A stretch of DNA of 64,000 nucleotides from a virus. The position numbers were made by a program, and so were the translations under genes. The DNA lies in IMG/VR virus record IMGVR_UViG_3300017991_000013, positions 5,917 to 69,916 of that record. One strand, written 5' to 3'. Shown piece after piece: positions 9,322 to 18,212 of the stretch. How positions within the stretch are numbered: position 1 is the stretch's first letter; each line of letters begins with the position of its first letter. The notes under the pieces were generated by a model, which made no database searches, was not told the DNA's origin, and saw nothing but the letters and a program-made list of their open reading frames with translations.

Positions 9322-10616
9322 TTCAGTTACTGAAGCCGCTGCGACGCTTGTTCAAGGCGGACCCCGTCGGCCCGACGCCCCAGCAACCCGGGCGCGGTGG
9401 CGGAACGCGCGCGGTCACCGAGCAGGAGGCAGAGGCCGGCGGCAGCGTAGTCAACCAAGCGGTGTACACGAACCACGTCTGGGTCTACGCGTGTGCCAAT
9501 CAGATCGCGTGGCGCCTCGCCGCTCTCCCGCCGAGGGTGATGCGGGAGAACGTCGCCGACCCCGACGCCGAGGACGTGCAGGTCTACGACTCGTGGGTCA
9601 ACCGACTCATCACTCGGCCGAACGAAGAGGACTCGTGGTACGACGTGGTCGAGGCGACGCTGGAGTTCCTCGAACTGAACGGCGACTCCTACTGGGAACT
9701 CGTCGGCGCGAACCCCGACCAGAAGGTGCCGCCGGTCAAGCTCTACGTTCTGCGGTCCGACCGCATGACGGTGATCCCGCACCCCGAGCGAAGGGTCGAG
9801 CGATACGAGTACTCGACGGGCAAGGGTGAGCCGACGCGCCTCGCCCCGTGGGAAGTGTTCCACGTCAAGTACTTCAACCCGATGTCAGAGCAGACGGGCC
9901 TCTCGCCGATCCAGCCAGCGTCGACCAACATCACGTTGGACTTCTACGCGATGGCGACGCAGTCTGACTTCTTCCGCAACGGCGCGCGGTTCGACGGCTA
10001 CCTCAAGACGCCGACCACGCTGGGCGACGACACCTTCAAGCGGGTCAAGAGCGAGTGGAAGCAGCGGTACTCGGGCGTCGGTCGCGGGTTCAAGACGCCG
10101 CTCCTCGAGGGCGACGTCGACTACAAGCAGCTGTCCGCCACGCCCAAGGAGGCGGGGTTCAACGAGACACGCGCCGCGAACCGCGAGGACATCCTCGCCT
10201 CGCACGGCGTGCCGCCCGTGGTCGTCGGCATCCTCGACGGGTCGAGCTACGCGAACGCGTTCGCCCAGATGGCTGAGTTCTGGCAGGGCACGCTCGTCCC
10301 GAAGAACACCAAGTTCTACGAGAAGCTGAACCGCCTCGTCAAGTTCTACTCGCCCGACCTCTACGTCGAGCCCGACTACAGCGAGGTCCAGCACTTCCTC
10401 GAAGAGCGGGAGGTCGTCGTCGAGGAACGCAAGCTCGCCATCGAGGAGGCGAAGCTCGGGGCGCTCACGATCAACGAGTACCGCCAGCGGGTACACGGGC
10501 TCGACCCGGTGCCGTGGGGCAACACCTTCTTCATCAACGCGAGTCAGGTGCCGGTGGACGCCGTGGACATGGAGAAGATCGAACGCGAGATGGAAGAGCG
10601 GGCACTAGAGGGCTAG
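9318..10616 (+). CDS. portal protein, HK97 family
   Basis: VYACANQIA, LNGDSY, GLSPI, FFRNGA, GVPP..VG and TINEYR motifs. Confidence 0.93.
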   Translation: MIQLLKPLRRLFKADPVGPTPQQPGRGGGTRAVTEQEAEAGGSVVNQAVYTNHVWVYACANQIAWRLAALPPRVMRENVADPDAEDVQVYDSWVNRLITRPNEEDSWYDVVEATLEFLELNGDSYWELVGANPDQKVPPVKLYVLRSDRMTVIPHPERRVERYEYSTGKGEPTRLAPWEVFHVKYFNPMSEQTGLSPIQPASTNITLDFYAMATQSDFFRNGARFDGYLKTPTTLGDDTFKRVKSEWKQRYSGVGRGFKTPLLEGDVDYKQLSATPKEAGFNETRAANREDILASHGVPPVVVGILDGSSYANAFAQMAEFWQGTLVPKNTKFYEKLNRLVKFYSPDLYVEPDYSEVQHFLEEREVVVEERKLAIEEAKLGALTINEYRQRVHGLDPVPWGNTFFINASQVPVDAVDMEKIEREMEERALEG

Positions 10617-10619
10617 CAG

Positions 10620-12557
10620 TTGGCCAAGACGAAGACGCCGAGCCGAGCGACCCTGCTGCAAGAGTACCGCGACCAGCGGGCTCGGTTGCAGCACGAGGTC
10701 AAGCTCCGTGCGTGGGAGAAGGCCATCGAGCGTTCTGCCAAGCTCGCGTTGACGCGTCAGTACCGCGACCTCGAACGCAGCGGCCTGCTCCGTCGGTACT
10801 TCGACAAGGAGGGCCCGACGGCGAGGGCGCAACGGAAGGCCGCGCAGCCGTTCGAGCCCAACGAGGTGCGGTACCTCATCAAGGTGCTGGAGCGTAGCTT
10901 CCCGCGAGGGATCGCGCAGGACCTCGCCCTCTACAAGAAGAAGTTCGACGACATCGAGGACTTCCTCGACGACAAGGAGTCGTACCTCGAGGCGTCGGGC
11001 AAACAGCTCACCTCGGCGTTCGAGGAGGCGGGGCAGTCGGCGCTGGATCAGGTCGAGGGCGGGCTACGCTTCGACGTGCTCAACCGCGACGCGGTCGCCG
11101 CCGCCAAGAACATCCCGCTGCAGTACGCCAAGCGGGTGAGCGCGGGAACGAAGGCGATGGTTCGCCGCGGGCTGGCGCAGGCGCTCAAGAACGGCGAGGG
11201 CCTCGACCAGGTGACCGAACGAATGCGCCGCATCTTCCAGGTCCCGAAGGACCAGACGTGGAGGGCGCAGCGGATCGCTCGGACCGAGACCAACAAGGTG
11301 GTGAACCTCGGGACGCTGCAGGGCTACCAGCAGTCCAACGTGGTGCGGTCGAAGCGCTGGCTCGCGGGGTTCAACGCCCGCGACGCGCACGCCGCCGCTC
11401 GCGGCCAGACGGTCCCGCTCAACGAGCCCTTCATCGTGGGCGGCGAGCCGCTGATGTACCCGGGCGACCCGTCCGGCTCTGCGGGCAACATCATCAACTG
11501 CCGCTGTACGATGACGCCGGTCGTGGATCGCCGAGCGTCGCGGACACCTCGCACCGAGCAGGCGTTCTCGGAAGCCAACGAGAAGGTCGCCCAGCAGTTG
11601 ATCAAGGAGAACCCGGTCAAGTTCAGCGGCGCCACGGTCCGCGCTTACAACAAGGCGATGGACGCGCTCGCGGCGGGGAAGTACAAGGGGTCCCTCTTCC
11701 GCGGGGCGAGCAACAAGATGCGGAAGAACTACGAGGCGGGGCTCGACAAGAAGCTGATCTCGGAGCTGGGCCTCTCGAAGAAGGAGGCGAAGAAGTTCCG
11801 CGAGTACTTCCAGAGCGACGTGCTCGGTGACTGGTACGGGTCGTCCGACGGGGAGGGCGCGGCGGCCATGAAGGACTGGGCGCGGCGCCGCTTCAAGCGG
11901 TCGAAGGTCTACTACCACGGACGCGTGCTCAAGAAGTCATCGTCCATCGCGGTAGACGCGGACGAGTTGTACTCGAACCTCGCGGACGAGATGGAAGACT
12001 TCGCGGATCGTTTCCTCGAAGCGTCGGCGCAGGCGAACCTGCGTACCGCGAAGAAGGCCACCGACGCCATGCTCGACTACACCTACGCGCACCAGCAGCA
12101 ACTCATGGAGCGGGCGAAGGTGGGAACGATGTCGGCGTACCGCGGGGTAGGGAACAACTTCTTCACCAAGCGCGGGCTACGGACTCCGAAGACCGGGGCG
12201 GTGGCTCGCGTCGGGGAGAACAACCTCTCCTCGTGGTCGACCGCGCTCGACGAGGCCGAGGGCTTCGGCGACGTCATCATGCGACGAGAGGTTGCGCCGC
12301 GCGAGGTGTTCATGGACGCGGGCAGCGGGAACGCCTACACGAAGCGGGCGGGCGACACCTTCCTGCACGAGCGCGAGCTGGTGACGCTGACCGACGGGCC
12401 GCGCCGCCTGCAGGTCGCGGACGTGGACTTCTTCGAGACGCGCAAGGCTTCTGGACCCAGTCTCAAGGCGCTCAACACCGAGCTGGCCGAGAGAGATAAG
12501 GTGGACTTCGTTATGCCCCTCACCCAATCTGAGGCAGACTACTTGAGGAAGCGGTGA
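10620..12557 (+). CDS. MuF/gp7 minor head protein with C-terminal ADP-ribosyltransferase-like domain
   Basis: RAQRIARTE, KRW, R.AH, PGDPSG..IINCRC (MuF); C-terminal YRG / SSWS / ERE triad. Confidence 0.85.
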   Translation: MAKTKTPSRATLLQEYRDQRARLQHEVKLRAWEKAIERSAKLALTRQYRDLERSGLLRRYFDKEGPTARAQRKAAQPFEPNEVRYLIKVLERSFPRGIAQDLALYKKKFDDIEDFLDDKESYLEASGKQLTSAFEEAGQSALDQVEGGLRFDVLNRDAVAAAKNIPLQYAKRVSAGTKAMVRRGLAQALKNGEGLDQVTERMRRIFQVPKDQTWRAQRIARTETNKVVNLGTLQGYQQSNVVRSKRWLAGFNARDAHAAARGQTVPLNEPFIVGGEPLMYPGDPSGSAGNIINCRCTMTPVVDRRASRTPRTEQAFSEANEKVAQQLIKENPVKFSGATVRAYNKAMDALAAGKYKGSLFRGASNKMRKNYEAGLDKKLISELGLSKKEAKKFREYFQSDVLGDWYGSSDGEGAAAMKDWARRRFKRSKVYYHGRVLKKSSSIAVDADELYSNLADEMEDFADRFLEASAQANLRTAKKATDAMLDYTYAHQQQLMERAKVGTMSAYRGVGNNFFTKRGLRTPKTGAVARVGENNLSSWSTALDEAEGFGDVIMRREVAPREVFMDAGSGNAYTKRAGDTFLHERELVTLTDGPRRLQVADVDFFETRKASGPSLKALNTELAERDKVDFVMPLTQSEADYLRKR

Positions 12558-12558
12558 C

Positions 12559-15246
12559 ATGAAGCTCGAAGACCTGACCGCCTCGAACGTCGCGGACCTA
12601 CCGACCGACGAGATCGTGTCCCTCCATCACCGCACCCACCAGCTGTGGAACCGGATGCGGTCGCCGGAGCAACGGCAGCTGTTGACCGACGCACACCGCT
12701 GGCTGGTCGAACAGATGGAGGCACGCGGGATCAAGCACACCTCCCCGCTCGGTAAGAAGGCACCCGGCTACTACGAGTCGATGATGGTGCTGCGGCGCGA
12801 CGGCGTCGTGCAGATGGGTGCCCTGATCGAGCGCGTCCCGATGGGGCGGGTGCTCGACCTCGGCGCGGGGATCGGGACCGCGGCTCGCGTGCTGGCGAAC
12901 AGCGGGCGAGAGGTCGTGTGCCTCGACCAGTCGCGGGAGGCGGTGCTCCGCTGCGGGGAGCTGGGGCTGGAGGCGGTGCAGGACGACGCGCTGGAATACC
13001 TCGCGCGGCAAGACGACGACTCCTTCGACTGCGTCTACTCGCTCCACTTCTTGGAGCACCACGAGGCGCCGGACGCCGTGCTCGAAGAGTGCGCTCGGGT
13101 CGCCAAGCAGTGCACGCTCCACGTGGTGCCGCTGGGCGAGCGGGGCGACGAGAGCCACAAGCAGAAGTGGAAGAGCATGGTCGACTTCTCCGCGGCGATC
13201 CGCTCGGTGCCCTACGCCAAGAGTTACAAGTCCCTCGTGGACGAGACCCTGCTGGTCGAGGTGCACAAGGACCTGCCGGACTTCATGGAGCGGCTGGGCG
13301 ACGCGACCGTGGTCAAGAACTTCGTGTCGGTCGTCGGCGGTACCGCCACGCGCTACGACCCGATGTCAGACCTCGACGTGTTGATCCGCCAGTCGTCAAG
13401 GGACGAGGCGCTCGAACTCGTCGTGCGGAACCAGCTCACCCAAGAGGCGCAGGACAAGCTGCACTTCATCTATCACGCCTCGGGACCGCACGGAGACAGC
13501 GTGCCGCTCTACGACCTCGTGCTGCGGCCGGCGGATCGTCTCGCGCTGGAGCGCGTGGACAAGGCGTTCGCGCCGATCACTCGCTTCCAGCCCGCCAAGC
13601 CCGGGCCGAGCTTCCTCATCGTCGACAAGGACGCCGACGACGTGAAGGCGCTGCTCGGCGCGTGGGCCGGCAAGCCGCTGGGCAAGGACCGAGAGATCGC
13701 GGTCGAGCGGAAGTACAACGGCTGGCGCGGCGTCGTGCAGTTCGATGGCAAGCGCGGGTCGGTGTTCTTCGAGGGCAACAAGCGCGAACGCATCCAGCAG
13801 TTCCCCGACCTGCTCGCGGACCTCAAGGCTATCGGCGAACCGATGATCCTCGACGTGGACTTCGGCGCGGTCGGCACCGACGGCAAGCCGCTCCCGCGGA
13901 TCGCCCTCAGTCAGTTCGCGTCGTTCAACAAGAAGTTCGGTCTCAAGTTCGACACGCCCGCGGGTCCCGCCACGCTCAAGGTCACGGGGTTCGATGTGCC
14001 CTACTTCAAGGAGGACCTGAGCGGCAAGCCCTACCACGAGCGCCGCGCCATTCTCAAGAAGGTGCTGACGTCGTCGGACCTGCGCGTGCTCGCACCGAGC
14101 GAGGGACGCGTGGTCAAGAACCCCGACGCCTTCGTGGCCGCGGTCAAGACGATGGCCGCGAGACCCGGGAGCGAGGGCGTCGTGGTGAAGAAGGTCAACG
14201 CGTCTTACCCCGCCGGCGGCTCGACGTCCGACTGGATGAAGGCCAAGAACGCCGCGGGTCTGAACATGGAAGTCATGCGCGTCAAGAAGGCGGGCGACGC
14301 CTACTCGCACACCGTCGGGCTGAAGGCCGAGGGCGGTGACCTGGTCGAGGTCGGCGGCACGATGAACCACGGGACCCGGTTCGCTCCGGGCGCGGTGGTC
14401 AAGGTCGACGTCGAGGAACTCATCCCGCTGTGGAGCGCGAAGCAGAACCGGTGGGAGGCGAGCATCGTCGTCGGCATCATCCGAGACCGCACCGAAGCGA
14501 AGAGCGCGGACTCGATGGGCACCGCGATCAAGAAGGCCGAGGGCGCGAACGTCTTGCAAGCGGGCCCGCCGATGCGGAAGCTCCTGCGCGAAGCGAAGCT
14601 GGTCAAGCAACGCGAGGAGGCGGACGACGACGAGGGCGGCTCGGGCGCGGAGGGTAACCTCGACTTCAAGGTCGGCGACTCGGGGAGCGGCGTGCTCCAG
14701 CTCCACGAGATGGGTCTCTCGGAAGAGGAAGCGAAGGAAGGGAAGAGCGGGACGTGGTCTGCCCACACCGACTTCCGACTGCGGCGCGGCGACGACGACT
14801 ACTGGGAGGGCGGCGAGTTCTTCACTCCGGGCAACAACCACAAGAAGTCGAAGCTCCTCCAAGACGGCGCCCGCATCCTCATGAACTTCAAGGTGCCGAA
14901 GAAGGAGGGCCGCTCCGGCAAGGGTCCCTTCGTCGTGCACGGTCCGCTCGGCTGGCTCAAGGTCGGCGCGCAGGGACCGAAGCTCTTGTCACCGGGGACG
15001 CCGGGCGCGTACCCCGAGACGTGGTCCCGCATTACCAAGCTCGCCTCGATCAAGTGGAAGGCTGGCACGCAGGACGAACACTACAAGGAGTTCATGTTCG
15101 AGTTCGACGGGGACCTCAAGGGTCGTAGTGGGCGCTGGGTATTCGCGTTCGCCCCGTTGGGAGACAGCCGCAAGTGGATTGCGTTCCGACCCGCCGAGCA
15201 ACGGATGGACGCGGAACGCAAGAAGGGCGAGCTGGTGGAATTCTAG
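12559..15246 (+). CDS. multidomain protein: SAM methyltransferase + nucleotidyltransferase + ATP-dependent DNA ligase + LigD phosphoesterase-like tail
   Basis: VLDLGAGIG and HFLEH; VGGTA..SDLDVL; ERKYNGWR, SEGVVVK, WMKAK; QLH..HTDFRL. Confidence 0.8.
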   Translation: MKLEDLTASNVADLPTDEIVSLHHRTHQLWNRMRSPEQRQLLTDAHRWLVEQMEARGIKHTSPLGKKAPGYYESMMVLRRDGVVQMGALIERVPMGRVLDLGAGIGTAARVLANSGREVVCLDQSREAVLRCGELGLEAVQDDALEYLARQDDDSFDCVYSLHFLEHHEAPDAVLEECARVAKQCTLHVVPLGERGDESHKQKWKSMVDFSAAIRSVPYAKSYKSLVDETLLVEVHKDLPDFMERLGDATVVKNFVSVVGGTATRYDPMSDLDVLIRQSSRDEALELVVRNQLTQEAQDKLHFIYHASGPHGDSVPLYDLVLRPADRLALERVDKAFAPITRFQPAKPGPSFLIVDKDADDVKALLGAWAGKPLGKDREIAVERKYNGWRGVVQFDGKRGSVFFEGNKRERIQQFPDLLADLKAIGEPMILDVDFGAVGTDGKPLPRIALSQFASFNKKFGLKFDTPAGPATLKVTGFDVPYFKEDLSGKPYHERRAILKKVLTSSDLRVLAPSEGRVVKNPDAFVAAVKTMAARPGSEGVVVKKVNASYPAGGSTSDWMKAKNAAGLNMEVMRVKKAGDAYSHTVGLKAEGGDLVEVGGTMNHGTRFAPGAVVKVDVEELIPLWSAKQNRWEASIVVGIIRDRTEAKSADSMGTAIKKAEGANVLQAGPPMRKLLREAKLVKQREEADDDEGGSGAEGNLDFKVGDSGSGVLQLHEMGLSEEEAKEGKSGTWSAHTDFRLRRGDDDYWEGGEFFTPGNNHKKSKLLQDGARILMNFKVPKKEGRSGKGPFVVHGPLGWLKVGAQGPKLLSPGTPGAYPETWSRITKLASIKWKAGTQDEHYKEFMFEFDGDLKGRSGRWVFAFAPLGDSRKWIAFRPAEQRMDAERKKGELVEF

Positions 15247-15292
15247 TCGTGGGGCGTAGGGCGCACCTCACCGAGACAGGAGGACGAGGAGG

Positions 15293-15667
15293 GTGAAGTT
15301 CAGACAGTTCTTAACCAAGAACGAGGAGAAGCGGCTGGTGTACGGGATCGTGTACGAGCCCTACTCCGTGGACACTCAGGGAGACTACGCCTCCGACGAC
15401 GAGATCGAGAAGGCCTGCCACAAGTTCATGGAGAACTGGCAGAAGGTCGGGCTCATGCACCAGCGAGACATGCCCGACATCAAGGTCGTCGAGTGCTACG
15501 TCGCCCCGACCAACTTCCGCCTCAACGGGGAAGAGATCAAGAAGGGGTCGTGGGTGCTCGCGGTGAAGGTCTACAACGACACGATCTGGGAGATGGTCAA
15601 GAAGGGAGAGCTGACGGGGTTCTCTCTCCAGGGCTACGGTAGAGAGAAAGAAAAGGATAAGGAGTAA
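15293..15667 (+). CDS. XkdF-like putative prohead serine protease
   Basis: EKRLVYGIVYEP..VDTQGD, GLMH, KGSW, KKGELTGFS. Confidence 0.85.
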   Translation: MKFRQFLTKNEEKRLVYGIVYEPYSVDTQGDYASDDEIEKACHKFMENWQKVGLMHQRDMPDIKVVECYVAPTNFRLNGEEIKKGSWVLAVKVYNDTIWEMVKKGELTGFSLQGYGREKEKDKE

Positions 15668-16237
15668 GTGCCCATGCGGGAACTGAAGGACATGGACGTG
15701 CGAGAGGTTCACTTCGTGGACTCGCCGGCCAACAAGCGTAAGTTCCTTCTCGTCAAGTCCGCCGACGGCGGAGAGGACGAGGAGAACAAGGACCCCGAAG
15801 AGAAGGTCGAGGAAACCAAGGTCGAGGAGACCGAGGAGTCCAAGACCGAAGAGGGCGAGGAGAAGTCGGAGGACAAGGTCGAGGAGACCGAGAAGGCCGA
15901 CGAGACCGAGACCTCAGAAGAGAAGAAGGACGAGGAGGCCGAGAAGGGAGCCGAGACCAAGGCGGACATGAAGCAGGTCCGCGAGGTGCTCACCTCGATC
16001 AAGGGCGCCGTGGACAAGGCGCTCGGGATGCTGGCGTCCGCCGGCACGGGCTACGGCCCGCCCCCGAAGTCCGAGTCCTCGGAAGCCCCGACCGACAAGG
16101 TCGAGGAGACCACCGAGGAGAAGAAGTCCGACTCCGGTGAGGAGGACGAGGTCGACGAGGAGCTGGTCAAGGCTCTGGAGAAGGCGGAGTCCCAGTACTC
16201 CGACGCGTCGGCAGAGGAACTCAAGAAGGCGCTGTAA
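15668..16237 (+). CDS. putative capsid scaffold protein
   Basis: EVHFVDSPANKRKF N-terminus typical of XkdF loci, then a very acidic E/K-rich region; precedes the capsid gene. Confidence 0.65.
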   Translation: MPMRELKDMDVREVHFVDSPANKRKFLLVKSADGGEDEENKDPEEKVEETKVEETEESKTEEGEEKSEDKVEETEKADETETSEEKKDEEAEKGAETKADMKQVREVLTSIKGAVDKALGMLASAGTGYGPPPKSESSEAPTDKVEETTEEKKSDSGEEDEVDEELVKALEKAESQYSDASAEELKKAL

Positions 16238-16286
16238 GGATTACAGCTCCTCGCAACCTGCAGTAACGTAGAAGGAGAAACACGGA

Positions 16287-17534
16287 ATGACGAAGAAGGA
16301 ATTCTTGGAGCGGCTGGCCGCGCTCGAAAAGAAGGGCGGCGAGTTCACCACGCTCATGGACGACGTCCGCGCGACGCTGTCCAAGCGCAAGACCGGCTAC
16401 ACCGAGGGCGGCATGACTCCGAGTGAGGAAATCCTTCTCACCAAGTCCGCCGACCCCGAGGTGCTCAAGGCCCAGGAACAGAACGACGACCTGTACCTTC
16501 TCTCGAAGGTCATGGGCGTCAGCCCCAAGGCGACTCAGCTGTACCGCAAGTACATGGGCGGCGAGCTGGGCAAGGCGATGGCCGCCGCGACCGCAGGGTC
16601 CGGCGCGGAGTGGGTGCCGACCGGGTTCAGCAACAAGCTGATCGACCTGGTGCGGCTCCAGCTCAAGGTCGCGGCTCTCTTCACCGAGATTCCGCAGCCG
16701 ACCAACCCCTACAAGGTGCCGGTCGTCGCGAGCGACGCCACCGCGTACCTGATCGCGGAGTCCACCAGCGACACGGCGGACAAGATCACCGCGTCGACCC
16801 CGGGCACCACCGACCTCACCCTCACCGCGAAGAAGCTCGCCGCGCGCGTGCTCTTCTCGGAAGAGGTGAGCGAGGACAGCATCATCCCGGTGCTCCCGTT
16901 CGTGAAGACGAACGTGGCGCGGGCGCTGGGCGACGGGCTCGAAACCGCCATCATCAATGGCGACACGAACGCCACGCACATGGACTCCGACGTGACCAAC
17001 GCGAAGGATGTCCGCAAGGCCTACGAGGGACTGCGCTACCTGGCCCTCAACATCAGCGGAGTGCAGGTCGACTGCTCGACCTTCAACCTGACGAACGTCA
17101 GGGCGATCCGCAAGGCCATGGGGAAGTACGGCGTCGACCCGAGCAAGCTCGCGTGGATCGCCGGCCCCAAGGTCTGGAACAAGATGCTCGGTCTCGACGA
17201 GGTCACCACGGTCGAGAAGTACGGGCCGAAGGCAACCATCCTCACGGGTGAGCTGGGCAAGCTCGACGGTATCTCCATCATCGTCAGCGAGCACGCTCGC
17301 GAGGACCTGAACAACGCCGGCGTCTACGACGGCACCACGACCACCGACGCGGTCCTGCTCCTGGTCAACCGCGACAGCTTCATGCTCGGTGATCGGCGGA
17401 AGATCACCACGAAGACGCAGGAGGACATCGAGACCGACCAGATGATCCTGGTCAGCACCCAGCGCAAGTCGTTCAAGCGGGTGTACGCCACGACCCAGCC
17501 GTTCGTGGCCTGCGGCTACAACATCACCGCGTAG
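16287..17534 (+). CDS. major capsid protein, HK97 fold
   Basis: G.EWVP, LTAKKLAA..FSEEVSEDS, AIINGD and GKLDGISI; strong SD. Confidence 0.92.
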   Translation: MTKKEFLERLAALEKKGGEFTTLMDDVRATLSKRKTGYTEGGMTPSEEILLTKSADPEVLKAQEQNDDLYLLSKVMGVSPKATQLYRKYMGGELGKAMAAATAGSGAEWVPTGFSNKLIDLVRLQLKVAALFTEIPQPTNPYKVPVVASDATAYLIAESTSDTADKITASTPGTTDLTLTAKKLAARVLFSEEVSEDSIIPVLPFVKTNVARALGDGLETAIINGDTNATHMDSDVTNAKDVRKAYEGLRYLALNISGVQVDCSTFNLTNVRAIRKAMGKYGVDPSKLAWIAGPKVWNKMLGLDEVTTVEKYGPKATILTGELGKLDGISIIVSEHAREDLNNAGVYDGTTTTDAVLLLVNRDSFMLGDRRKITTKTQEDIETDQMILVSTQRKSFKRVYATTQPFVACGYNITA

Positions 17535-17606
17535 CCGAAGTTGAAGTCCGGGGAGGGGCTCACCACCCGTCGGTGGGCCCCGACCCACTTCCCCGCTGGA
17601 GCGAAC

Positions 17607-18212
17607 ATGCTGGTTGGTTGCGTCATCTATTACGAGGACTGTCTTGACCTCTTGGAGAGGTGCTTCACCTCTCTACGAGCCCGGGTCGATAGACTCGTGG
17701 CCGTGGATGGGGCATACGAGAGCTTCCCGCACGACCTACCGTGGTCGAGCGAAGCGCACCTCCAAGTGGCCAAGCGATACGCGGACGTTCTCTGGTCGAC
17801 CGGCGTACCGTGGGCCGACGAGATCGAGAAGCGGAACTCGTACCTGGAGCACTGCGATCCGGGCGACTGGGTGCTGGTGCTCGACGCCGACGAAGAGCTG
17901 CACGGCAGACTGCCGGTGCTCGACGAGGCGCAGGTCGGTTACAACGTCACACTCCATCAGGACTGGCTGCAACCCAGACCTGTGTTCAGGTTCTTCCGCA
18001 TGTCGGAAGGGCTGCACTATCGCGGAGCGCACAACGCCCTGTTCGATGCCGAGGGTCGGCTGCTGAACCACGAGGTCACCGAGACCTTGCCGAACCTCAA
18101 CATCGAGCACCACGCGTGGAAACGCCCCGCGGAACGAGTGAGCGCGAAGGGCATCTACGTGAGGGCCCTCGCGGAACGAGAGCGCGCGTTTCGAGAGGAG
18201 TACAAGCTGTGA
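17607..18212 (+). CDS. GT2-family glycosyltransferase
   Basis: VAVDG, KRN and DWVLVLDADE motifs. Confidence 0.8.
   Translation: MLVGCVIYYEDCLDLLERCFTSLRARVDRLVAVDGAYESFPHDLPWSSEAHLQVAKRYADVLWSTGVPWADEIEKRNSYLEHCDPGDWVLVLDADEELHGRLPVLDEAQVGYNVTLHQDWLQPRPVFRFFRMSEGLHYRGAHNALFDAEGRLLNHEVTETLPNLNIEHHAWKRPAERVSAKGIYVRALAERERAFREEYKL

Noticed and set aside
17535-17600. TAGCCGAAG plus GC hairpin after the capsid gene as a hammerhead
   Set aside because: No GAAA or CUGANGA core; probably an mRNA-stabilising or attenuating hairpin
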